DNA from: a virus
Strand: one strand, 5' to 3'
Length of the DNA stretch: 64,000 nt
Virus record (IMG/VR): IMGVR_UViG_3300018426_001942
Span: 87,965-151,964 of that record
Of this stretch, positions 9,248 through 18,354 are shown piece after piece (the first letter of the stretch is position 1; each line of letters begins with the position of its first letter). Below the pieces are notes generated by a model, which ran no database searches, was not told the DNA's origin, and worked only from the letters and a program-made list of their open reading frames with translations. The translations under genes and the position numbers were made by a program.

Positions 9248-10230
9248 TACTTTTTCCTCTTAGGTATTTTGCTATCTGCACTACTTACACAACTATTAGT
9301 AACACACTTAGATGGTGTCTTAAACAGCGTAAAACCGTCTGTAAGCGTGCCTAAGGGTTCTTCATGGCAACTGTATGCCCGCTTTACTTCATTGCTACGT
9401 ATAATGCAACTTTGATACCCTGCATTACAGGTCCAACCTTTAAACTTATTAAAGCCAAAAGCATTAAAACGTTCTGCTTGATCTAATTCGTACTCTATTC
9501 CTTTATTGTCTTTGAGTAAGATTTGTGCGACTTGTTCGCCTTTCCATGTTTGTGGGAATCTTGTTCGCATTCTAGTAATTTGCTCATCTGTGTAACCTCC
9601 AACCACGAAGCTGGCGGTAGGGTCGGACTGGGGTTTGAGAGTGACGTTAATACCTCTGGTGGCAAATCGTTCCAAACGCTCGTAAAGCTCTTCAAACTTT
9701 TCTGGAACCATAACTTGATTGATCGTAACATAAACGCCTCCTTCCATAAGTGCAAGACATTTATCTCCAAAATCTTGTTCGTTAGCAAACTCATCATGGA
9801 AACTTGCTGTAATGCTTCTGCGTTGTAATGTACTAGTGTATTTAATAAATCTGTTCCACCAAGATTGTGCAGGTGATAAATTTGTTGTCATGTGTAGACT
9901 TTGATACTCTGCATCAGGATCCTCTGCATAATATTTTACTACAGTACCAAATTGTTTATACGCTGTAGGTTCTCCTCCACTAAAACTAAAGTGGAAATCT
10001 GTAAAGTTATTTGCACGAGCTTGTGTCTTTATACTATCTATGGTGTTTAAGTATAATTCTAAATCTTGATGATCAGGGGTACTAGATCTTGCGTATGGCC
10101 AGCAATAAGAACAGTTATAATTACAAAATCTAGCCAATATCCAAGAAACATTAAAAAGATGGCTCTTTAACATCGTTTGTTGGCCAAACTCTGTTATATC
10201 TTGCCAAGGTATTTGGTCGTAATTACTCAT
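9247..10230 (-). CDS. Radical SAM enzyme with C-terminal twitch-like domain
   Basis: CNYNCSYC, SGGEPT, MTTN; C-terminal CNAG...RAYSC...C....C. Paralogous in layout to 4108..5031. Confidence 0.9.
   Translation of the reverse strand: MSNYDQIPWQDITEFGQQTMLKSHLFNVSWILARFCNYNCSYCWPYARSSTPDHQDLELYLNTIDSIKTQARANNFTDFHFSFSGGEPTAYKQFGTVVKYYAEDPDAEYQSLHMTTNLSPAQSWWNRFIKYTSTLQRRSITASFHDEFANEQDFGDKCLALMEGGVYVTINQVMVPEKFEELYERLERFATRGINVTLKPQSDPTASFVVGGYTDEQITRMRTRFPQTWKGEQVAQILLKDNKGIEYELDQAERFNAFGFNKFKGWTCNAGYQSCIIRSNEVKRAYSCHEEPLGTLTDGFTLFKTPSKCVTNSCVSSADSKIPKRKK
9495..9731 (-). CDS. Candidate overprinted 78-aa protein nested in an alternative frame of the radical SAM gene
   Basis: AAGGAGG (9743-9737) lies 5 nt upstream of an ATG at 9731, with an open frame to 9495. 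Host-frame codons at 9601-9690 end in G/C in 18 of 30 cases, which is atypical for this AT-rich genome. Confidence 0.5.
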   Translation of the reverse strand: MLRSIKLWFQKSLKSFTSVWNDLPPEVLTSLSNPSPTLPPASWLEVTQMSKLLECEQDSHKHGKANKSHKSYSKTIKE

Positions 10231-11899
10231 AAAATCTTTCCTCTAACCACTGAAAGTCATTTATAAGTGCTAATACATCTGGCTTGTTTTTATTAGCACT
10301 ACCAAATTCTCGCCCTTCAATTGCACCTTTAATAGCATACTCCCCATACGGACTGTCTTTTCCTACTGTGGTCCAGACTTCTAAACGCTGTTCTGTTTCC
10401 TCGTCTTCCTGTCCTTTAATAATTTTACTTGAAAGTTTTGTACATTCTCTAAATGCACTTTTCCATGTGTTAAATGGATCTGTGTTAAACACTGTATAAT
10501 TACTTAGTTGATCAACAACCTTAAATTTATCACTAATACTAGTTGTCATATCAGAACTATTAACATCTACATTTGCTGTAAGCTCAGTAGGCAATAATTT
10601 CACACCACCATACCCGTACTCTAAGTCATTAATTGGATTTTTACTTCTCCAAACATGAACTGTAGTTTCCTCCCATACTGGCACTTGATAGTTAAAATTA
10701 AAATCATCAACTAATTCGGCATCGCCGTCGACAACAAAAAACATATTTGTAGAACAAAGTTCAGCAGCTTTTTTGTGTGCATTATGAATTCCTTTTACAT
10801 CTCTTACCCATCTTAAATTAGTAAAAGGATTGCTTGTTCTAATTTTATCTTGTATCATTGAAAAATGTTTATCAGCATTTTTTTCTTTATAACTTATAAA
10901 CACTACATCATACGGTATAGGCTCTGATATAATTTCTTCATGCTCTTTTCTAGTTACTACATACCTACTGTTAAATTCTCTTTTGCCTAACTTGTGCTTT
11001 GTTGTACTTAGAACTACGCCATTGTGATAAGTAGGCTCACCTCTAAACATGTGTTTGTATACATGATGCATTTCTCTATCAGCATCATAACGACCATCTG
11101 TTGGACTATAGTAAAAGTCAAATATTGTTTGATCTGTAATTTTTACGTTATCCCAAATAATCCAAAAAAGAGGACTTGTTTCTGTTTCAACAATTTTTTC
11201 ATATTCTTCATATGTACTAATTACATGCCTAGGATATCTAAATCTACTTACTGGCTGTTCATTTTCTTTTCTGTTTATTATAAACCTATGTTCTATTTCT
11301 TTTTTTGATAACGGCTTATTCACAGAAGCTAACAACAGTCCTCCATGATAACTTATAGTATCATTACAAAATGTAGGCCATACATGATTTTCGTTTCTAT
11401 CATAACTATTATGATGACTAAAGTATGACGAAAGTATAACACTTTCTGTAATTTCTACATTCTTCCAAACACACCAAAACATTTCGGTATGACTCTTTTG
11501 CAATGCTTCTTCGTAATCTTCATATTTGTCAATATGAAATATATCATACACAGAAGGCATGCTTGCTACAATATCTATTTCTTTTTTATTAACAAAAAAT
11601 CTATGTTTAATTTCTTTTTTTGATATATGTTTATCTTTAGGAACAAGACAAACACCATCAAAATGTTTGTCATTTAGAAATGTATGAACATACTTTTTAT
11701 CCCATTCGGGAACATCGTAGTCAAAATTAAAATTATCTACAATTTCTATATCGTCCCAAACGACATAAAACATATCCGTAAGAGACTTGCGCATTGCCTG
11801 TTCAAAACTTGATGCGTACTTAACTGTTGGAAATCGTTTACACAATTTTTCGTATAGTGCTTTGTTTCCTTTTTGTGATACATAAATGATATCATACAT
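10223..11899 (-). CDS. Glycosyltransferase (GT-A fold) with three degenerate N-terminal repeats
   Basis: C-terminal domain YDVVFISY..GIHNAH..FFVVDGD (DxD)..YGYGGVKL..WKSAFRE, preceded by three ~105-aa homologous repeats. Confidence 0.75.
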   Translation of the reverse strand: MYDIIYVSQKGNKALYEKLCKRFPTVKYASSFEQAMRKSLTDMFYVVWDDIEIVDNFNFDYDVPEWDKKYVHTFLNDKHFDGVCLVPKDKHISKKEIKHRFFVNKKEIDIVASMPSVYDIFHIDKYEDYEEALQKSHTEMFWCVWKNVEITESVILSSYFSHHNSYDRNENHVWPTFCNDTISYHGGLLLASVNKPLSKKEIEHRFIINRKENEQPVSRFRYPRHVISTYEEYEKIVETETSPLFWIIWDNVKITDQTIFDFYYSPTDGRYDADREMHHVYKHMFRGEPTYHNGVVLSTTKHKLGKREFNSRYVVTRKEHEEIISEPIPYDVVFISYKEKNADKHFSMIQDKIRTSNPFTNLRWVRDVKGIHNAHKKAAELCSTNMFFVVDGDAELVDDFNFNYQVPVWEETTVHVWRSKNPINDLEYGYGGVKLLPTELTANVDVNSSDMTTSISDKFKVVDQLSNYTVFNTDPFNTWKSAFRECTKLSSKIIKGQEDEETEQRLEVWTTVGKDSPYGEYAIKGAIEGREFGSANKNKPDVLALINDFQWLEERFYE

Positions 11900-11905
11900 C
11901 TTATT

Positions 11906-11934
11906 ATTATACTACTTTTTTAAGAACTAGTCAA
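11906..11934 (-). promoter_or_regulatory. Sigma70-type promoter TTGACT-N17-TATAAT, probably giving a leaderless mRNA
   Basis: -35 at 11934-11929, -10 at 11911-11906. The ATG at 11899 follows after only 6 intervening nt and there is no SD. Confidence 0.7.
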
Positions 11935-13056
11935 GAAATATTCTTCTGTAGATTTTACAATATTTCTTGTAATTTCATGCTTAAAATTTATGTTGCTATA
12001 TACTTGTGCGTTCTTTTTTAAGATAGGTTCCCAACTTTTTAATAATGGATATCTTTCCTGAGGTGTTAGATGATACCAATATTCTAATGTATCATGGAAT
12101 TCAGAGAATCTTACATTGTGATCTTTTTTGCTATCATAAGTTGTATCTAATCCAGGAAATCTTAAATTGATGCCTATATTATCAAAATAATCTAGTATTC
12201 CAGGTTGTCCTAATATTATACACGGGTGTCCAATAGCAATACATCTAAATGTTTTTTCAGTAATGAACAAACCAGGTTCTTCAAAAAACGTTTCTGTAAC
12301 AATACTGAGCTGACTTGCATTGTAAATGTCTCTATTTGTTACATTACCCAAGCCGCCAACTTTATTATCTACATCTACTTTGTATCCATACCCTGATATT
12401 AAGTTGTCTTTTACAAAGTTTATAATGTTTTTTTCACACCATTCTATGTGTTGCTTTCTGTGAGGTCGATCTGTTCTATTAAGACTATTTAACTTTGCTA
12501 TGCTACTATGGTTGCGTAGAACTTTTTCTATGCATAAAGGCTTATCTGAATTGTAGGCTTCTTTAGCGTCCCATTCTATGCCGCCTTGTATTTCTAACTT
12601 AGGATAAACATTTGCATTTTTACACCATACTAGATATTCGTCATTTAATTTTAAATTACCACTTACAATCAAAACACTTCCATTTGGCAAATTCCTTTGT
12701 TCCATATCATGATGTAATGCCTTAAATGAATTCCAATTTTTATTAATATACGAATCACCTTCTACAATACTTATAATTGCAATTCTACATTTCCCTTGTT
12801 GTACAAGATGTATTACTTCAATAGGAATATTTATTAGTGTATTAAAGCCATCAATATCTGATACATCGCCAGTCCATTGATGCGATAGTTTAGAAACTTC
12901 GATAGGAAAAATACATTCAGTACTTGGCTTGCCGAAGCCAATTCCTAGTTCAGGTATTTTATATCTTTCAATAAAGTCCTTATACTTTCGTACTTCTTTT
13001 ATTTGAGGCACATGATCTAGATTCAATCTGTCTGGTCTTATAAATTGAAACTTCAT
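11920..13056 (-). CDS. Putative glycosyltransferase, GT10 (fucosyltransferase)-like C-terminal motif
   Basis: SIVTETFF...FITEKTFRCIAIGHPCIILG resembles the GT10 motif (E....Y.TEK......P...G). Confidence 0.55.
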   Translation of the reverse strand: MKFQFIRPDRLNLDHVPQIKEVRKYKDFIERYKIPELGIGFGKPSTECIFPIEVSKLSHQWTGDVSDIDGFNTLINIPIEVIHLVQQGKCRIAIISIVEGDSYINKNWNSFKALHHDMEQRNLPNGSVLIVSGNLKLNDEYLVWCKNANVYPKLEIQGGIEWDAKEAYNSDKPLCIEKVLRNHSSIAKLNSLNRTDRPHRKQHIEWCEKNIINFVKDNLISGYGYKVDVDNKVGGLGNVTNRDIYNASQLSIVTETFFEEPGLFITEKTFRCIAIGHPCIILGQPGILDYFDNIGINLRFPGLDTTYDSKKDHNVRFSEFHDTLEYWYHLTPQERYPLLKSWEPILKKNAQVYSNINFKHEITRNIVKSTEEYFLTSS

Positions 13057-13649
13057 TATATACCTCTTGTAAGTATTACACCGTTATTACCACTGTATGC
13101 TATGTTATAACCATGTATTACCGCATAAGGTATTACAGGCCCATTTTTACCAAAGTATACTCCTGCACTTTTGTTGTATGGTGTATCGTCACATATAATT
13201 AAACTTTGATCGTGCATGTATGGCATACAATTAATCATCTGTTCAAGATGCTCACGTTGGCAATCAAAATTTGACATCTTAACACCCATAGCATTATATT
13301 CGTCTATTAGTTTTTGTTCCGCAGGACGTATATTGTCCATAGTGCTTATCCAATCATAATTATCAAGATACAAAATCTTAATTTGTTTTTTTAATTTAGG
13401 TAATTCCTTTTTTGTCCATTCGGCTCCAGAATTTGTAATAACAAAAGTAGTGTGTTTTAGATGGCTTAATGTTCTAGATGCAAAATCTGTTACATCGACT
13501 GAATAAAAATCTACCCAATGATCGTTTGCTACAGAATTAAACCATTCTGTGGACCCTTCGCCTCGCTCGCTTCCTATTTCTAATATAATAGACGAGTTAA
13601 CTTTTAGTTTATCTACAAAAGGTTTTGCATACAAATGAAAATTAGCCAT
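13056..13649 (-). CDS. SAM-dependent methyltransferase (O-methyltransferase-like)
   Basis: ILEIGSERGEGST motif I, YSVD, LYLDNYD, IICDDT. Confidence 0.7.
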   Translation of the reverse strand: MANFHLYAKPFVDKLKVNSSIILEIGSERGEGSTEWFNSVANDHWVDFYSVDVTDFASRTLSHLKHTTFVITNSGAEWTKKELPKLKKQIKILYLDNYDWISTMDNIRPAEQKLIDEYNAMGVKMSNFDCQREHLEQMINCMPYMHDQSLIICDDTPYNKSAGVYFGKNGPVIPYAVIHGYNIAYSGNNGVILTRGI

Positions 13650-14757
13650 TTTGCTTCTCTATAAGTAGATTATAATTATATTCAGTGCGTTCTTTTAATT
13701 CGCTAATGAGCTTTTGATATTCCTCGGATGGTAGATTACAAATTCTGCTTATTTCATCAACAATCATACTAAGTCTAACTTTGTTATCAATTTGTGTATT
13801 ATAACTTTCATCTATTAAAGGGTCAAATGTTTTAAACCCTAAAGCACGTAAATCGTTTAACATATATGGTGTACTAAATGCAATAAAAGGTTTCTTACAT
13901 GCTATTGCCTTGTAAGTTTTTTCAGTTATACTAGTAGGAGCAAATGATCGGTCGTACTTATCATGATTTGTATAGTAAGTTTGATCGTAATGTGTTTCAA
14001 TTACAATATGAAAATCTGTAGATAAAATTGTATCATAAGTGATGTTAGACCACTTGTTTAAAACGCTTCCACTTTCTTGTAGCTCATGCGGACATTCTTT
14101 AAGCCACCTAAACATTGGTTTAGTAATTTCAAATCCTAACTTTTTAACATCTTCTTCAATTTGATAAACTTTAAATACTTTAGGTGGATTTTGATAGGGC
14201 CAAATATTAAAGAAACTGTATTTAAAATGTTCTTGTAATAAATTAGCATCAAGTAACTGAAGATATAAAGCGGCACGCCAATCTCTATAATTGCGACTAA
14301 GACTACTGAATTTGTGTGTTATTTTTGCTTCATGCGATTCAGGTATACTAACTTCTTTTAACAAATAGTTATCAACTACAATATTACAATCTCTACCATA
14401 TTGTGCTAGATAAGCATGCAAAAACCTTTTGTGGTTTTCATCCATTACGATAACTTTAATATCGTTAAAGCCTAGGCTGTTTTCACAAATAGCATCTTTG
14501 AGATCTGTCGCAAACTCTATACTAAATGTTTCACTATCATTTTCATGAACTAGATATACATTTTTATTTTCTTTAATATGTTTCCAATTTACATCATTGA
14601 CAGCGTCTTTTAAAGGTACATTGTGCATCAGCTTATCATACGGATGATGATAATAAATTACATTGTCGCTTGTTAAGTCAACTTTTGATAAATCTTCTAC
14701 ATTTGAAAATTCTAGATCATGTGACCACTTTTTACCCGTTTTGCTGTATATTAGCAT
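13642..14757 (-). CDS. Putative glycosyltransferase, GT10-like C-terminal motif
   Basis: FHIVIETH...ITEKTYKAIACKKPFI...LRALGFKTFDPLIDESY. Confidence 0.55.
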   Translation of the reverse strand: MLIYSKTGKKWSHDLEFSNVEDLSKVDLTSDNVIYYHHPYDKLMHNVPLKDAVNDVNWKHIKENKNVYLVHENDSETFSIEFATDLKDAICENSLGFNDIKVIVMDENHKRFLHAYLAQYGRDCNIVVDNYLLKEVSIPESHEAKITHKFSSLSRNYRDWRAALYLQLLDANLLQEHFKYSFFNIWPYQNPPKVFKVYQIEEDVKKLGFEITKPMFRWLKECPHELQESGSVLNKWSNITYDTILSTDFHIVIETHYDQTYYTNHDKYDRSFAPTSITEKTYKAIACKKPFIAFSTPYMLNDLRALGFKTFDPLIDESYNTQIDNKVRLSMIVDEISRICNLPSEEYQKLISELKERTEYNYNLLIEKQNG

Positions 14758-15721
14758 TTACTTGTTCCTTTATCCAGGCATAGGTATGCTTTAGTCCATA
14801 CTCTAAGTCTTCATCAGGTCTCCAACCTAAAAGTTCTTCAATTAATTTATTATGACTAGTTCGACCCATAACACCTACAGGTCCGTCAACATTGTTTATT
14901 TCTAATGTATTCTTACCTGCTATTTGTGCAATTAATTGGGCTAAGTCGTTTATTGATATCATTCTTTCGCTACCAAGGTTAACTGGTTGATCGATATCAC
15001 TTGCCATAATTTTTTGAAGTCCTTTGATACACTCTTCAATATATAAAAAACTACGTGTTTGGTTACCTGGTCCCCATATATCTACTTTTCCGTTACTTTC
15101 TGCAACTTTACGACAGAGTGCCGCTGGTGCTTTTTCTTTGCCGTCATTCCAACTACCGTATGGGCCAAAGACATTGTGTAATCTTACAACCTTTGCATCT
15201 ATATTGTAATTTTTTCTATGTGTTAAATACAAACGTTCACTAAACAGTTTTTCCCAGCCATATTCTGTATCTGGTTCTGCAGGATATGCACTTACTTCTT
15301 CGCAATAAGGATTATCCGGATCTAATTGATTACGTTCCGGATACACACATGCACTACTTGTGTACAAAATCTTCTTGATACCTTTTTTAGTTGCTTCGTG
15401 TAGTACGTTTAAATTTATTAATGCACTATTATGCATTATATCGCTATCATGCTCACCTATTCCAATATATCCTGTGCCGCCCATATCTGCTGCAAGCTGA
15501 TATATTTCATCTAAATCATTTCTGACAACTCCTGCTACAAAATCAGGATTGCGCAAATCTACTTGATAGAATTCTTGTGCCCTTGTAGGTTCAAATGCAG
15601 GTTGTTTTATATCTGCACCTATCACATAATTTCCTTGCTCGACTAGTTCGTTAACTAGATGATGCCCTATGAAGCCGCCGGCTCCGCATACTAATATTTT
15701 CTTTTTCATCTTAATTCCCAT
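14732..15721 (-). CDS. NAD-dependent epimerase/dehydratase, GDP-mannose 3,5-epimerase-like
   Basis: GAGGFIG, QLAADMGG, SSACVYP, YGWEK (YxxxK), EKAPAALCRKV, QTRSF. True start is probably ATG 15709, just after the upstream stop. Confidence 0.88.
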   Translation of the reverse strand: MGIKMKKKILVCGAGGFIGHHLVNELVEQGNYVIGADIKQPAFEPTRAQEFYQVDLRNPDFVAGVVRNDLDEIYQLAADMGGTGYIGIGEHDSDIMHNSALINLNVLHEATKKGIKKILYTSSACVYPERNQLDPDNPYCEEVSAYPAEPDTEYGWEKLFSERLYLTHRKNYNIDAKVVRLHNVFGPYGSWNDGKEKAPAALCRKVAESNGKVDIWGPGNQTRSFLYIEECIKGLQKIMASDIDQPVNLGSERMISINDLAQLIAQIAGKNTLEINNVDGPVGVMGRTSHNKLIEELLGWRPDEDLEYGLKHTYAWIKEQVNANIQQNG

Positions 15722-16985
15722 ATTTTTCTGTTATTAAATCTAATTCAACATCAGGTAATGTTTTTAAATGTTGAAAATTATATTCAACAATTCCTGCTAC
15801 TTCTTCAGTAAATTTTATCTTACGTTCGTCCGACCAATTTGATATTGAGTTTACAATATCACAAATTTGTTTTATGCGTTCTACTGGATCAGCAACAGTA
15901 TCATAATCTTCTGACCACCAGTGATCAAAAGTTTTGAATCCCATGTCTTTTATATGTTGTAAACTTCCTTTTGCACCCATCATTATAAATGGTTGCTTAT
16001 AAGCAATAGGCTTATAAGTTTTTTCTGTAATGTGTATTTCATCAGTAAAGAAAAAAGTTTCGCTAATAATATTTATTAGGCTATTTTTAAAATAATGCTC
16101 TATTGATTCCTCAGTTGACTCCATAGGATAACTGTTAAAGTTAGGATTATCTAGCACTAACGGAAGTTTATTTTTACTAGGTAAAATATCATCTTTAGTA
16201 ATATCTAAATTAGGATAACGTTTTATAAGATAATCAACATTACTTTCGAATGATCTTCCAGACTCTGGTTGCTTGCTATCCATGCTCATATAAAATTTGT
16301 CAAGTAGTTTTAGTTTAAACATTTTAATAAAAAATGTAAGTCTGTGATCACTATACCTACGCTGAAAACATAAGAAATCTTTCTCTCTTGGTCCAATAAT
16401 ATACGGATCTTGTTTGAGTAGTGTTTGCTCCACGTTTGTTCTATGTATTTTAAATGTAGGAAAATATTCTACATTAATCTTAGGACCTGGTTTATTTTCT
16501 GCCCACTTATTATACAGCTCTTGTCCGTTAGCACAATTTGTAAAATAAACAACCTTGTCTAAAGGTATTTCGTAATGATTAAAAAATTGTGTCATTACTT
16601 CCCAGTGCCTATGAGTTACCCAACCTTCAAATGGAATGGTAACAAGTATGTATCCGTTACCATTCTGTATTTGGTCTCTAATTAACGAACTAGGCGGATT
16701 ATTAACAAATGGTCCGTCAGTAGTACTAAAAAGTTTTGTCCAATCTCTATAATAATACGATGTGAAATTTAATTCGTAAAAGTATTTTTTGTCTTGTGGG
16801 ATTTTAAATGCAGAAATAATTTCTCTATTTTTAAATGACTGAAACACTACTGGTGCTTGTACATCATCATCTACGTGTCCTTCATTCATAGCATAATTTA
16901 TGTCTGCTAGTGTAGGTACTCTATTGTTAGTTATTGGCCATTTAGGTCCGCACCATTTGTATGCAAAACTTAAAATTTTAGACAT
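15711..16985 (-). CDS. Putative glycosyltransferase, GT10-like C-terminal motif
   Basis: SLINIISETFF...ITEKTYKPIAYKQPFIMMG...GFKTFDHWWSEDYD. Confidence 0.55.
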   Translation of the reverse strand: MSKILSFAYKWCGPKWPITNNRVPTLADINYAMNEGHVDDDVQAPVVFQSFKNREIISAFKIPQDKKYFYELNFTSYYYRDWTKLFSTTDGPFVNNPPSSLIRDQIQNGNGYILVTIPFEGWVTHRHWEVMTQFFNHYEIPLDKVVYFTNCANGQELYNKWAENKPGPKINVEYFPTFKIHRTNVEQTLLKQDPYIIGPREKDFLCFQRRYSDHRLTFFIKMFKLKLLDKFYMSMDSKQPESGRSFESNVDYLIKRYPNLDITKDDILPSKNKLPLVLDNPNFNSYPMESTEESIEHYFKNSLINIISETFFFTDEIHITEKTYKPIAYKQPFIMMGAKGSLQHIKDMGFKTFDHWWSEDYDTVADPVERIKQICDIVNSISNWSDERKIKFTEEVAGIVEYNFQHLKTLPDVELDLITEKYGN

Positions 16986-18354
16986 TACTACAATCCTTAT
17001 AAAAGTTTTCTAACTCAGGAAATGTTTCAACTAAGTTAGTATCTCTACGTTTGTCATATTCAGAAAACCAAGAATAAAAATTACGTTTGCCTTTGATAAT
17101 TGTTTCTTCATCATAATTTGTATTTCTCATGTAGTCTACAACCCGTCTAAATCTTTCATATTCTAAAGAACTAAATTTTGTACGGTCTTTGTCATTTACG
17201 TTTGACTCTATAAAGTTTAAGTGGTCTTCCATATATGGCATAAACTTTTCTTTAGGCAAAATATTCATATCAAATTGTAAAGGTTCTTTTAGATACGGTG
17301 TATCAAATCTAACACGTTGCCACTGTGTTTCATTTGTATCAGTATTGTACTTTTGTCGCCATTCTAAAATCTTTACTAGTAGCAAACTAAAACTAGTAAC
17401 AGCAAACAAATTAAATGTTACCATAAACGTTACAGGCCAACCTGTACTACTTAGGTAATAATCTAAATTCTTTTCCCAAAGCTCAATGTCAAGTCCGGTA
17501 CGAGTATATTCTGCACGTGGTCCCCAGGTGTCAATACTAGTATATAACTTAAAACTATTAATACAGTTTTTTGCCTTAAGATCTTTAACACGCTCTACAA
17601 GTCTATAAACCATTGCAGGCTTTACGCCCATATTACTGTTAAGTTCTATATTAAGATGAGGTTTAGGATTTTCTTCTAATTCGTCAAACAATCGCCATGT
17701 ACTCTTATGCATGAGCGGCTCACCGCCTGTAACACGCAATATGTTTAGTGTTTTACTAACTTCAGGCCACCACTTCCACCATGCATCTACATACGGATTA
17801 GTTTCTTCTTCATATAATTCAAACCAGTCAATGTCATTTCTGTGTTCTGTGCTGTCGCTGTATGGGCCGTAATGTTTTATTTCATTATAGTATCTACTAC
17901 TAAATTTTGGATGGCAATAACCGCATTTAAAATTACATTCATTACTAAAGTTTACTTCTATATATTCTGGATTAATATCGTAATCCCAAGGATTGCTTTT
18001 TATTTCTTCTATCCTTTCAGGAGTATAAATGCTTGTAGTCTTGATATGTCTGTCACTTACATAGTCCTTGCCCATACATTCTATATTCCAGCAATATTGA
18101 CAGCCACTGGGCTTGCCTCCATTTAGCATTGCTAACCGTTCTTGTTTTTTCTGTGGAGTATTATGTAACTGGCTCGGATTTTCATCTAACCCTTCGAGTG
18201 GAATTTTATGAGGTGCAGGATGGTAGCAACTATGTGTCTCGCCTGTTTGTAAATAAATTGTAACATGATGCCATTTTGCTAGACAAAAAGTAGGCGAGGT
18301 TTCTCTTTCTACTTTAGGCATAATTTCTTTAATCCTGATTAGCTCAGTATTCAT
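16978..18354 (-). CDS. Radical SAM enzyme with N-terminal twitch/SPASM-like cluster
   Basis: N-terminal CLAKWHH...HSCYH and CQYC; core CNFKCGYC, TGGEP, LNSN, TSID. Confidence 0.92.
   Translation of the reverse strand: MNTELIRIKEIMPKVERETSPTFCLAKWHHVTIYLQTGETHSCYHPAPHKIPLEGLDENPSQLHNTPQKKQERLAMLNGGKPSGCQYCWNIECMGKDYVSDRHIKTTSIYTPERIEEIKSNPWDYDINPEYIEVNFSNECNFKCGYCHPKFSSRYYNEIKHYGPYSDSTEHRNDIDWFELYEEETNPYVDAWWKWWPEVSKTLNILRVTGGEPLMHKSTWRLFDELEENPKPHLNIELNSNMGVKPAMVYRLVERVKDLKAKNCINSFKLYTSIDTWGPRAEYTRTGLDIELWEKNLDYYLSSTGWPVTFMVTFNLFAVTSFSLLLVKILEWRQKYNTDTNETQWQRVRFDTPYLKEPLQFDMNILPKEKFMPYMEDHLNFIESNVNDKDRTKFSSLEYERFRRVVDYMRNTNYDEETIIKGKRNFYSWFSEYDKRRDTNLVETFPELENFYKDCSNV

Noticed and set aside
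9640-9715. Resemblance of the nested peptide to an F-box start (WNDLPPEVL) or to darobactin residues (KSF, WN)
   Set aside because: The matches are too short and out of order, so they are treated as coincidence.
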